DNA of 64,000 bases. Origin: Octopus bimaculoides. Lineage: Eukaryota. The stretch lies in NCBI RefSeq assembly GCF_001194135.2, contig NC_068991.1, positions 51,180,118-51,244,117 of the forward strand, given 5' to 3'. The position numbers were made by a program, and so were the translations under genes. Below, in pieces: positions 50,814 through 63,558 of this stretch. The notes below the pieces were generated by a model. It made no database searches. It had not been told where the DNA came from and saw nothing but the letters and a program-made list of their open reading frames with translations. The first letter of the stretch is position 1, and every line of letters begins with the position of its first letter.

Positions 50814-51118
50814 GCAACAAAGTGTTTCAAGGGCTGAGAATTTCATGCATTAGTACTTATCAAACTAGTTGCAGGTTGGGAAGTTGTGGATTTATATACT
50901 AGTGAAAATTTCCCTGGATAGTTATGGAACAAATTATAAAAAAACAATGACAATGTTATCTAGACAATTCATATTTTTCAAATATCTTATAATTTGTTCC
51001 GGAACTTTCGAGAAAAATACTATTATCACTGCTATATAAATCCACAACTCATCGATCTGTAACTAATTTGATAAGTGCTAAAGCATGAAACTATTGGGTA
51101 CTTGAGTCACTCTGCTGC
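50814..51118. mobile_element. 305-bp foldback MITE, GTGACTCAAG family
   Basis: Outer ends gcaacaaagtgtttcaag / cttgagtcactctgctgc. Long arms tttcatgc..tacttatcaaactagtt..gttgtggatttatata pair with 51024-51091. An inner ggaacaaattata / tataatttgttcc pair is also present. Confidence 0.8.
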
Positions 51119-51136
51119 CTCTACTAAATATCAGTA

Positions 51137-51171
51137 TAATAATAATAATGATGATGATAATGATAATGATG

Positions 51172-51229
<58 letters not shown>

Positions 51230-51247
51230 CAACAATAAATAAATAAA
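51137..51247. repeat. (AAT)n/(GAT)n/(AAAT)n microsatellite
   Basis: Directly visible. Confidence 0.95.
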
Positions 51248-51793
51248 TAAATAGATATATAGATAGATAAATAAGCCATTTCTGCCTCAGTTAGGGTGCA
51301 CAACTGTTTGCAAGAATGAGTTTTTTTTTTTCTCTTAATAGTTCACCATCTTTGAAGAGCTATTGTTAGAAATTAATAAATTGGAAATAGATTTTCTAAA
51401 AATGGTTTATTAATGTAAAAACAATTAAAGCTTATGAAAAATAGACACAATCATCAATAGAAGAAAGTGGTAAACAAAAGACAGACAAAAAGAGGGGAAT
51501 ACAAAAGGTGAGAAATATGGTGTAGTACAAACAGACTGATAAAGTCTAGTATTTTCACCTGCATCATAGGTACCCATAGATAGCTCAAAAATTATATCTT
51601 ATTTTTCATATTTCTGGAAAGAATGACTTCCTTACATTCATTATATATAGCGGAGTTGGTATCAGCAATATTGGTGTACATTTTAATAAATTATAGTGCT
51701 TGCAGAAAACTTCCGGAGATGGATGAGTACAACTTAATGCTATCAAACTAAATAAATCCAAAATGAATATTTTTTCTTCAATATTTTTAAACA

Positions 51794-52020
51794 GCAAGCT
51801 GACTGAATTGTTAGCATGCTGGGCAAAATACTTTGCGATATTTCATCTGCCGTTACGTTCTGAGTTCAAATTCTGCCAAGGTTGACTTTGCCTTTCATCC
51901 TTTTGGAGTCAATTAAATAAATACCAGTTACGCACTGGGGTTGATGTAATCAACTTAATCCCTTTGTCCTTGTTTGTCCCCTGTATGTTTAGCCCCCTGT
52001 GGGCAATAAAGAAATAAATA
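51794..52020 (+). mobile_element. SINE family B with a variant 3' end
   Basis: gttagcatgctgggcaaaat...ccgttacgttctgagttcaaattc...gggcaataaagaaataa. Confidence 0.82.
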
Positions 52021-52169
52021 TTTTTAAACAACTTGGTAGTAGCACTGCTTCAATTCATCTAGTATATATAAATCACAGTATCTGTGTATAATGACTAACA
52101 CATACATTTCCACGATTCTCAACCAATTTTCACCAAGCTTTACACACACATTACTTATGTCCCAAGGAT

Positions 52170-52800
52170 GGTCATGCATTATAACATTTTCTCCAGAGCT
52201 CCCATGTAAATGGACATAGTTTTTTGTATGTAGGGTCTTCCTTACATTTTTAATCTTTTTATAAAAGTGAAAGGATTTTGTCTATTTATTTATTTCCACT
52301 GCCCACCTGCCATTAAATTGACTGGAAACACCATGCGCGATGAATATCCAATACCAAACAATATTAATCTCCATATTTAAACTGCATTAAACTTTGGCAA
52401 GCTTTCCTTTACCTATTCTGAGTTACTTGAAAGGTGATGTTCACTTCCCTCTCTCTCCTATTTGTTGATACCTTTGTTTACCTACCAATGCAATGTTTCA
52501 CTTTAAGGATGCTTATTTACCCATCCATTATGATATTTTGACTGTTGTCCATTGTTTCAAATACATTTTAGCATCGTCATTCTAGCCTTTTTTAAACAAT
52601 CACATATGATTTGTCCAAAAGAATCAGCCTTTAAATAAAATTTTTCCTTCCACTAGTGAAAGCTATACGTATCTTTCAGAAAGTTTCATACCATTTTAAC
52701 TTTATGCAGCATTTGCTGTTAGTTTATGCGCATGCTATGTGGGAAGACAAAATAAAGGAGTTTTTGTTAGCTTATCACTCAAAAAAAAATTAGCTCCCTT
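52170..52800 (-). pseudogene. Highly decayed CR1-type LINE RT remnant
   Basis: NDDAKMY...IS*WMGK (cf. ADDAKIY...WS..W) and TYKKLCPFTWELWRKCYNA*PS (cf. LYK.LVRP.LEY...W.P), in the expected order. Confidence 0.45.
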
Positions 52801-53507
52801 TGCTGTTGAATAAAATAAACTTGCAGAGGGGAAATTTCAACATCTTCATTCAATTTCCTTACACTATTTATGTGGTTGCTTCTGACAAGAAATTTTGCTT
52901 TCATGTAAAACAATTATATTTTGTAGTCATTATCTGTAATGTACTCCCAAAACACTTCAGTACCTCTACTTTCCATTGCTTGCAAACTTATATGTTCTAT
53001 AATCATTAAAGTGCAATTACCTCCACAATAACCAGCCTTCAATTTGATTTTCCATTCCTAGGTTAATCAGAAACATAGATTGCTGTACTACTCATAAACC
53101 TTCTTGGCAGTTCAATTATTTGGTGAAAAAATACCACCAAAGCAACATAAACTGTCCAAAGGATGGGTGTGTTTGCTAGTATATATATATTTCGCTTAGG
53201 CGTTGTGAGACCAATAACCCACTGTAGAACTCGATATACATATGTTTCAGAACACAGTGTTGGCTGAGTATAGAGTGGTAATAAGAAAGAGAGATGACAA
53301 AGGAATAAATGACTATCTTATGAACTTCATTAGCTGAAGTTCATAAGATAATCTTTTATTCTTCCTGATATATTTAGAGAAACTGATGATATGTCTAGTT
53401 CATGCTAGATATGAAACCAATGGTATTTCTCTAAATTTGTTACATTACACATACAAAAATAAACAACTCTATTTATTTTAGGGTATGCTCTTTTCCTGAC
53501 TTACGAT

Positions 53508-53571
<64 letters not shown>

Positions 53572-53669
53572 TTGATATATTACATACTTATATACATAAT
53601 GTGTGTATGTAACCTAATATGCATCTGCTGACTATGCTCTTTTCACTCTTCAAGGGTTTATTAGTTTAC

Positions 53670-54450
53670 ATTTAAGATTCTCTGTTAGTGGACAAGATAT
53701 GGACAAACTTAGAAAAAGGATATGTAGTATATTCAGGCAGTTTGATCTAAATTTTATAATAAATACTAACCTGAAGATGGTAAATTTACTAAATATAGCA
53801 TTAAACTGGAACATGTGTCAACAAAACTCTTGCCATAGGCTTAATGAAGAAACTGTATGCATTATTTATGCTCTAACCTCTCACCTATAATTATTAGATA
53901 CTTCACTGACATTTTCAGTAAACACATTTCCACTCTGTCATTTAGCAAGATCTTATTTGACAAACCATTCCATACAATAAATGAGAGCTAAGGAGATGTA
54001 GTGAAGACTAACAAAAAAATAAAGAGAAAAATAATGAGGTATAAACCACCATACAGTATAAATGTGTCTACAAACATAGTAAAGTGCTTCCTAACACTGA
54101 TAAGTACACACTTCTCTGCTTCTCATAAATACCATAAAATTTTCAATAACAATTTTGATAAGATAAGTTATAATTGTGTAGATGACATAAGACCCCTAAT
54201 TTTCAACCACAATTTTGTTGCTGGTAACATTTTGCAATTATTTTAATGCTGATGTATCTGTAGCTAATTGCAATAAATGTCTCTTCAAGGAGTTCGTCTA
54301 TTGACATGGAAAAAAAACAACATATATCAGACTCACTGAAAATTCCCTCAAGACTCGATACATACAATACTCTTGTTTGTTCAGTTACAGAAGTAAACAC
54401 GATTTCACTTCACTTGTAAAAGCAGTTGAATGACCAAAGAACCCAACAAT
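53670..54450 (+). pseudogene. Penelope-like element remnant (RT thumb, linker, GIY-YIG), Naiad-like
   Basis: SGQDMDKLRKRICSIF..NTNLKMVNLLNI, then KRKIMRYKPPYSINVSTNIVKCFLTLISTHF..HKYHKIFNNNFDKISYNC, then CLFKEFVY..TYIRLTENSLKTRY (cf. YIGLTE..FK.RY). Confidence 0.85.
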
Positions 54451-56224
54451 GAAGCAGAACACAGTTGCTGATGTGAATAAGGCATAGGATAGTTGCAGCA
54501 GTAGCACTAATTAATTGGCATTTAGTTACAAATTCTTCACCGTAATTCTCTACCATATAACGTTCTGTATCATATAACACCATGGTTACTCTTTGATCAC
54601 AGCCATCTCCACAGTGTAATGTCTTGTTATTGCTTGAAGCCTTAATATAACCTCTATTTTATCCTGTATCATTTATTAATCAATTATTAATCATTAACTG
54701 ACTGTTTAATTATATAATTACGTACTTGATTATGCAACTATTTACTTAGCTTAATTATTTACTTAATCTATTTACTTAATTATTTAATTAATTATTAATC
54801 ATTCATTTAACCCGTTATTTAATTGCTATATCTCAATAACTTTCCTTAAACACCCAACTTACAAAGCCCCATTCAACTACTATGGATAACAAGTGCCTCC
54901 TGCCCAGCCAGTCCCCTAATATTTATGTTATTCAACTTCCTTTTCACAGTATCTTATTGTTATTCATCATATTTTGTCTTACCTCATCTTCATTCTTTTA
55001 TTTCTTTTCATCTGACACTTATGGTTGTCTTCCTTCACTGATTCAATGCTTACAAGTCTTTTGTTTTTCTGAATCGCACCCTATTTCACACGTTAATAAT
55101 GTAAGGACATTTTTTTTTAACTAAGTTCATCTTGTATACACATCTGTGCTTTTGTTTTCTTCTGCCACTCCTGCCATCTAAGAAAGCAGTCTCACCTGTT
55201 GTAATGAATGGCTTTTGTTAAATGAAATATCTATACAAGCAACTTGTATTGGGTACTTTTCTCTCATTCATTGCAAACAACTTTTGTCTGTGTACACACC
55301 CACATATAAACAGAGAACACAAGTTACTACATCCAGCATCAATATTTCTAGATGTTCTCAGTTTCATCTTCAGGATAATCTGCCTCCTTTATGGTAGGTG
55401 AATGTGATTTGTGTAAACTTTATCATCCAAATTTGTTTAGATCTATTGCTGGAATTCTAAAATTGATTGTTTGATTTCATTAGTTACATTTTTTGTTTAT
55501 ATTGTGTTTATAGTGCTTATGCATTCATTAGAGCTTTGTATCTTGTTATGAATAATTTTGTATTATTGCAATCCACACCCTATTCAAAACCTTGGGTTTC
55601 TTGTATTCTGATTGAGTCTATTGCATTCTCCAATTGCGTAAGAACTACCTATTAACCAGAATACAGTACAGCTGGCAAAACAGAAGACCTCATGTTAGAC
55701 AGGCTTTTTAAAATACCAACCCTAATAGGTTGTTGATAGTATAGGGCAATCCATAATGGCGATGGTGCCACAAATCTTCCCTAGGCTGGGTTACTATTTA
55801 GATGGCAGCAGTTACATAATAAGTGCAATATTAGTATTTAACCATAACATTAAACTTTAAAACAGTCAACAGCCTTGATAAAAGTCTATAATAAATGTAT
55901 GTGAAATTAATGCTAGTGATTGTCATATGCAAAAGAAAAAGATTAAGTGTCTTCAAGCAGTGATAAAATGGCATGAATAATATGTAGTTGTGAGAATGTA
56001 TGATTTGGCCATACCAAGTTGTAATATGTTATCTGTGTTTTCATGTACTGCATTCACTTAGCAGTTGTATTTAGTTACTGACAAAGTACTAGGAAGATTT
56101 CTAAAATTGTATACTGTTCAACCTTGCTTAAGTACTTGTAAACACAATCCTTATTGTAAATCTAATGAGAAATTGCAGTATATTAATATAAATTCAAACT
56201 AGTAATCCTTAGAAACTTAATCCC

Positions 56225-56430
56225 AATAATCCAGCTTATCTTTTGATGCGGAATCTTCTGCTCATTATTACAAGGAAGCATTGAAAGATAGTAGCTTCAA
56301 TGATGGACTACATCTACAACAATCTTAGCAGGATTTTCTTAAATGTATAAATAAGCATTTCCTTGTTGACAATAAATATCATAAGATCTTTAAAAATAAT
56401 GCTAAGTGAGCTATGATTACACCAAAAAAT
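56225..56430 (+). pseudogene. Second Naiad-like PLE fragment, internally deleted
   Basis: SAHYYKEALKDSSF joined to DFLKCINKHFLVDNKYHKIFKNN. Confidence 0.7.
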
Positions 56431-56619
56431 TTGCTGCTTCAACAACCAGAAATTGTCCAGTGAAAACATGCAAAACTTCTCTCCTCAATGAATTTTTAAC
56501 AATTCTAATATTTTCTTTCTCAACAGTGAATTTCTAAAGCATTAGGTTATTGAGCTAAAAGTTCAAGTGAGACATGGTCCCTCAACCCTTCGAGAAGACC
56601 AGTCTTGTAGTTACTCTGA

Positions 56620-57120
56620 ATTTTGCAATTTATGGCAACAAGAAAGAAATTAGGACATGGTTAGCCAAAGCAAGATCATTCATAGAAAAGCTTAATAGCA
56701 TCTAGACCAGCAAAAGTGTCCCAACTAAGTTAAAAACATTTGACCAAAAACCATATACAAATTTGAAGAGGACATGATCAATGCATTAGAAATGTGGGTG
56801 TGTAGGAGAATGTTATGAGCCTCTTACAAGGATCATTGAGTAAATGAGTGGGTGTTGCAACAAATAAATGAAAAACAACTTCTAAACATTGTGAAAAAGT
56901 GAAAGATCATCATCTATTATGGCCATATTCGAAGAAGCTGAGGTCTGGAAGACATGATGAAAGGAAGAGTAGTGTGCAGTAGACCAAGAGGCAGACAAAG
57001 AATACAATGGATGGGACATACCAAGAGTTGGTTGGACTGGCAAGGCAGTTGGAGAGCTTGCACTTAATTGGGAAGACTGTCATAGGGTCATCAATGCACA
57101 GCAGGCATATGATACATGAT
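56620..57120 (+). pseudogene. RTE-type LINE ORF2 3' end
   Basis: KEIRTWLAKARSFIEKL, INALEMWVCRRML, KQLLNIVKK, YYGHIRR, RPRGRQRIQW, followed by a short (TGA)-type tail. Confidence 0.8.
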
Positions 57121-57199
57121 GATGGTAATAATATTATGATCTGAACATCTTCCTATATTTTGCTACTGAATTTCCAGTCAGCTTGTTTTCAGTATCTGG

Positions 57200-58110
57200 T
57201 CCATGGTTTTCACTATTTTGGAGATGCTGAGAACTTCAGTTGTAAGAATTCTGTGCTAACTCCTGCAACTCTCAATAGACAGATCAGACTCTTTTTATAA
57301 GATTCTATAATTACTCCCTAACTTCCATAATTGACACTTTGCATTCTCTCTTCCAACAAAGTCAGTCATGTCTGCTGGTCCTATTCTTCATGCAATTCTC
57401 CATTACTTTGTCTCAGATTACTTTGATATTATCCACGACCTTCATAATATGGTAGTTTCTCCAACAGTTTTTACCTTGGGTATCTGTTTCTTCAATAAAT
57501 TGTTTTAAAGTGTGACGAGGGTAACAAGTTTTAATATTAGAAATTACACTCTGCTTCATGTATTTTAATAAGGAAGTAGTTTTTGGTAGTAAATAAACCA
57601 CTTTGGCAAGAATGCAGAATGCTGGGATTTAAATTCTGGCCTGGTGCATTGTCAGCCAACATCAATGCTTTAGGTTCAAGATTATTTTCATCCCAATATG
57701 TTTTCACTGATTGACATAATTATGGTGCAGACCATTCTGTGACCATTTCTGTTGCTGCCTATCATTGGTCATGGTAGTTTTGATCCATGAACATTGACTT
57801 CAGTTTCAAATCTCCTGAAGTGTTACTGTCAAGGTAATTGTATTAAGTGGTCTTTTCCAACCTTGAATTTTGTGTTTTTTGCTTCTTGAGAGAAGAAAGT
57901 GTTGGATAGTATTCTTTTTCAGAAAAATCCTCTTTCTTTTGTATTGAATAAAAGTTGGGGAGTGTAGTTACTGCACTCAAAAATGTTCTCAATGATATAA
58001 GGGAATCTTTTGACTGACATCTGAATGCTCTATACATTATGTTGTCATTTGACTCTATTGAACCAACTTCTACTAACTGAGAATGCTTTTGAATTATCTC
58101 ATTGTATCTT
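57200..58110 (-). pseudogene. Tigger/pogo-family DDE transposase remnant
   Basis: FSVSRSWFNRVK, NYTPQLLFNTKERGFF*KRILSNTFFSQEAK..KVGKDHL (cf. QIFNxDETGLFWK.MP.RTFI..EEK..KDRL), NLEPKALMLADNAPG, VYLLPKTTSLLKYMKQSVISNIKTCY. It carries stops and frameshifts. Confidence 0.88.
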
Positions 58111-58985
58111 CTTTGAAGTATCTGAAGATGGTCCGGGCTTGTCACCAGATTTTGGTCCCTGGGGGTACTTCAGAATATTCTGTGTAGGCACTAATTTGTA
58201 TTGTGGGAAGATTTTTTGTAAACTGTATTTTCTAAATCTGAGGGTGCACCATTGAATAATGAGGGGCAGTACCAGCCAGTGCACACCCTTAGAGATGACC
58301 ATGAGATGGTCCCTAATTTTTCCATTATGATAAGTTAACTTAATGACATTCCACTTTGTGTTTTGTACCATGTTCCCCAAGACTAAACGACCACGTCTTC
58401 CATTCATGAAATTGTCATGACAGAATCTTTTGTTTTGTCCATGTTTTGTTGATAGTTTTAATAGCTGGTCCAACCCAGTTTAAAGACTCACTCACAAACA
58501 CACACAAATCATCTTACATACACACTCACATATATGTATGTACGTATACACACATACATGCACACATGCATATTTATGCATAGCTATATATATATATTAC
58601 TTATTTATTGTGCTTTTACTTATTAATTTTTCTATATGTGACAGTGGATTTTCATCGATGAGTTCATGAACCTTGGTCCTTTTCCCTAAAACTATATATT
58701 TATATTTTATACTGTGAAACAATTTAGTTTTAATTTTTAATGAATTGAATTTAATTGAGTTTTTACCTGTAAATTTGGATTTTTATCCCTAATAATATTA
58801 TCATATATATATATATCCATCCATATATATATATCATCAGAAGTATATATATCTGAAAAAGGATCACACTTTAAAGCAATAGAGCAGTAATATATTTTTT
58901 AGGAAGTTAAAAGTTATGGTCTGTCATAGAGTGGGCATTGGTTTCACACCTATAAGTTGCTTAGCAATATAGGTGACTCATCAGA

Positions 58986-59044
<59 letters not shown>

Positions 59045-62000
59045 GTATGTGTATGTATATATTTGCACCTTGGGCAAGTAAATTCTGCTGTAGCCCTGAT
59101 TTGATTAATGCTTTTTGAAAGAATTTGCTGGACAGAAACTGTACAAAGCTAATCATGTCTGTGTGCATTTACGTTTGTATGCTCTGCATGTAAAAGAAAT
59201 GAGGTCAAGCATTGACTTTTGTTGCCATTTCTCAGTCAACATATCAAGTGGCTCTGTGGTTTTGAGAATGTATGGAATAAGAGGTCCCTTATTTGAAAAA
59301 CAAGTTAGAGTTAGTGTCCAGCTTTAAAATAAGGACTCAGTGGTATATATATATTCATCTAACTCATATGAAAGTGGAAAAAAAAAACAGGTGTAGAAAC
59401 AAATTAACAATTATATATGATCTCTATGTCCCTCTCTTTCATTCTGCCATCTATCTACCTTCATATACATATATAAATATTTATGCCCACTTAAATGTGG
59501 ATGTTCTGTTAGAACAAACTATGCTGCGGTAGATACCATGAGAGAACCTCTCATATTGGCTTTGGTGTAAAATGCACTCTTGTTTATATCACTAAATATA
59601 TACAAACATGCACACAATCACACACACATACACACAATCACACACATACACACAATCACACACATACATGCACATATATATTTGTATATGTATTTATATA
59701 TATATATGTATATATATATACACACCTACACACATACATACATACATACATACATACATACACATATGTATTATATACACACACACGTTTATACATATCT
59801 ATCGATCTCGATGTGTGTTGTGTGTGTGTGTGTGTGTGTAAGCATGGTCGTCTGTTCATCTTTGGGGCTGGAGGAGAGAAAGAAATATGTATATGTGGAC
59901 ACATTTTTATGACGTTGAGATGAATCAAACGGGCTACTTAATATGAATACAGTTAGAATTTAAGCTCTGCTTCATTCTGTCTGTTAGTTTTACTCTGCTT
60001 GCCTCTGTTTATATCGATACAGGTATCATCTGTATTCCTGATGTAATAGCAGAAACTCCAATAATACAGAGAAATATAGAAAGCAAAAGAACTATCACAT
60101 GTTCAATTGGCATTAATTAACTAATTGTATCCAAGCAGAATGTGTTAACTTCATACAGCTATATGGTACCAAATGTTGTCTAGATACCATTTACTGCAAT
60201 ATGTTTACTTGATGTACATAAAGATTTTCTAGAAATATTTTTGTAAATTAATTTAATGTTATATTTTATGAATTCCAGAAAGGTTTTACATTCAACTTCT
60301 TTTAATATTTTATATTTCTCTCCCTCCTTCCTCCTGTCTGTCTCTCTCACCCTCTGTCTGTCTGTCTCTCTCTCTCTCTACCTCTCATGTGGATTTATTG
60401 GCTTCCCTCTCTACTACAATTTACCATTTGAAGATTTATCATAAAACTTATCCATTCCTCTATTTTCTTTTGTTTTGGCATTTCTTGAATCGTTTCCTAA
60501 TCCTTAATGCTATTATTTTCTGTCAATACTGGGTTTCTTAAATCCAGCTGTTTCTACAACTCTTATCTTCAACACCATTCCACAACAAATATGTATTTCC
60601 TACTTATAACATTTTCTTCAGCTTCTTGACATTATTCTAATCTAAAACTCAAATCCTTCTTTCTATACAACTGTTCCATATTTCTACAATTACTCTTGTG
60701 TTTTCTCATAACTCACTCTTCAATCGTTTTCTTCCTCTCCTTGACCTTAATACTCACTCATGCTCATCATACTTCACCATCTCTCTATCTTTCTATATTC
60801 TTGCACTCAAATCCTTCATTATTTTCAACTTTATTCTCTCCTTATAACCTTTTCGATTTCTTCCATCCTATTTTGTGGCACCCTTACAGTTTGGCATCAT
60901 TTTTGTTTATGATTGATCTTTTTCTTGCTACTTCATGGCATTAACAAGTGGTCATTTTTATCCACTGATTCTCCATCTTATCTTATTGATCTTCTATGTC
61001 TCCTCCTTATCTCTTCGAGCCATCCTTTATTTCTCCAATTTATTTTGTTCATCTCTTTCCTTGCTTTCTATTTCTTACCTTTACTTGCAAACTAATATTT
61101 TTAGTTGACAGTTGCATTATTCACTGTGGCACCTGAACTCACTGCATACCACCAACAGTCTGCCTTTACATCTATTGATTACAGTTTCTATATTGATCAC
61201 TTTACTCCTTCTTCTCATCTTCCTACTTCTTCTGTCTTTCTATCTCTCCTTTCTCATGTTTGCTTAACTTAATCACTCTTCCTATAGCAGTAGTTTTTCT
61301 TAACTGATAATGGCATACAGGCTTCTTTTTTTTTTTTTTGATATTTTTTTAATTTGATTTGGTCTGCTTCAAAAACATTGCTTCAAGTTCATTGAAAGAA
61401 AGGTATTTTCAAATGAATTTGACATATTTTCTTAATCAATAACAGATTATTCTTGAATTTCCCCTTATCTCAATATTGTATCCACCCCTACATCTCCTTA
61501 CTTCCTTACAATTCATTTCAACTTTATTGTTCTAGCTCTGAAATTTATACAAATTATTTAATATTTTCACCAATGGCAAAGGGAAATCTTTACAGCCCAT
61601 ATTCCTTCTTTCTTTAATGCTATTAATACAAACATACCCATTAAACTCCTTATCAATAGCTGTTTTCTTTCCACTAAAATTCTCCTCTCGCTAAAGCTTG
61701 TTTGGCCAGAATTTACCAATTCAATTTCTTTCTACAAACTGTAAATTATTATTATTATAATACTGAAATATTGAATTTTTTTTTTGTAAATATTACCTCC
61801 TGCATTAATAGATTCGCTGTGGTTTTATATCTTCCTTATGAGTGAGAAAGCAAAAGCCGCTGGAAATGTTACTATTTTTGTTATCTTTCCAAATATAGGT
61901 TATTACAGCTTGTAAATAGGATCAAAGTGAAAGGACATTCCAAAATTATTCTGTTCTACCATTTCTAGTATTTCTTGAAAGCAAGCTCCCCTTCCCAGCA

Positions 62001-63124
62001 CACTGGAACTTAATTTTCTTTAAATAATTATATAATTTAATGAAGATAATTTTCATCAAATTTCATAAATTAGCTGATATAGGAAAAAGACATTTCACTG
62101 TTTTCAACTGTTAATGCACTTTGTTTTGTCTGGTTTATGACTCTGACAGGTTTTGCTTAATGTTATAACACATGGAGAAAAGAATTTTAAAAAATATAAA
62201 CAATGAATAAATAAACGATGATGTCAATCGTTTCAATGGTTGTGATGATGTGGTGGGGAGGGGGTCTGATTATGAATGATGGTGTCAGTGATAACTATGA
62301 TGGTGGTGGTGGTGATGATGAGATGATAACTATGATGATGGTGATTATTTTGGTAGCAAATATGGTGGGTTTGATGGAAGTGATGAAAGTGATGCTTATA
62401 GATGATGATGACACTGATGATAAAATCTATGATGATGAATGTTTATCATCCTCATTGTCATCATCATCATTGTGACCTTTTTTGTTTGTTTATTATTATT
62501 TTCCTCTTCACATCAACTTCGATTATGTTAAGTTAACCTTAACTCTTCCCTTTCAGATGTTTTGTGGCTGATGTTTCTGAGAGTGTTTATCTCCATCTTG
62601 TCAGTTGATAACAAATCACAGCTACCTCAGCTGAGGTTCCTATATTCTATCTAGTATCAAATTTATTGTTTGAAAGCCCATGTTACTTTTACTTTCAATT
62701 TACGCTAGATAAAGATAGATATGAAACATCACTACTATTAATGCAAACCTTGCTGTATCTTATGTTTTATATGGATTATTAACATAGTAGGTAATTCATT
62801 TGAAGTATTATTCTTCATTTGAGTTCTCTGCTGTTACACAATTAGAATAAACGTATTAATTTGTCCTGGTACCCCCAGTCAGTCCGTATTAAATGCTTGT
62901 TTCTATTTGACCTTTTTCTCACAGTTAAGGAAAGACAATATTAGGAAGGCTGTTTTGATCTCTATCATGTCTCATAACTTGGTAATTATTGCAGTATTAC
63001 AGTACTAGCAAGGTAGGATATTACAGGTGTCATCACCAAATTTAAATAATGAAAGAAAGATGTCATAGTTATTACTAGGTTTACTTCCTTACAACTAATA
63101 GGTGAGGCATACATCTGTAACATT

Positions 63125-63314
63125 GATTTCAAATTTTGACACAACATCAGCAATTTCAGAGGAGGGGGTTAGTCAATTACATCGACTCCAGTACTTATTT
63201 TATCGACTCAGAAAAGATGAAAGGCATAGTCAACCTCAGCAGAATTTGAACACAGAACATAAAGACAGACAAAATGGTGCTAAGCGTTTTGTCCAGTATG
63301 CTGATGACTGCCCC
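63125..63314 (-). mobile_element. SINE family B
   Basis: Reverse-complement body gatgaaaggcatagtcaacctcagcagaatttgaacacagaac. Confidence 0.78.
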
Positions 63315-63364
63315 AAGAGCAAATAATAATATGCACATTTGTAATATTATTTGCTCTTAGAGTT

Positions 63365-63558
63365 GTAAGCTGACAGAGTTGTTAGTACACCAGACTGAAT
63401 GCTTCACAGCATTTTGTCCATCAGTACATTCTGAGTTCAAAGTCATCTTAGTCTTTCATCCTTTCAGGGTCCACAAAATAAGTACCAGTTCAAAACTGGG
63501 GTCAATATAATTGACTCCTCCCCCCTGAACTTGCTGGCTGTGTGCCAAAATTTGAAAC
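63365..63558 (+). mobile_element. SINE family B
   Basis: aagctgacagagttgttagtacaccag...aagtaccagttcaaaactgggg...gccaaaatttgaaac. Confidence 0.78.

Noticed and set aside
62218-62475. Met/Val/Asp-rich 85-aa ORF
   Set aside because: It is a degenerate (GAT/GGT)n microsatellite.
62557-62640. Strong polypyrimidine acceptor (ttaactcttccctttcag) followed by short frames
   Set aside because: There is no convincing donor or homology, and such acceptors arise by chance in T-rich DNA.
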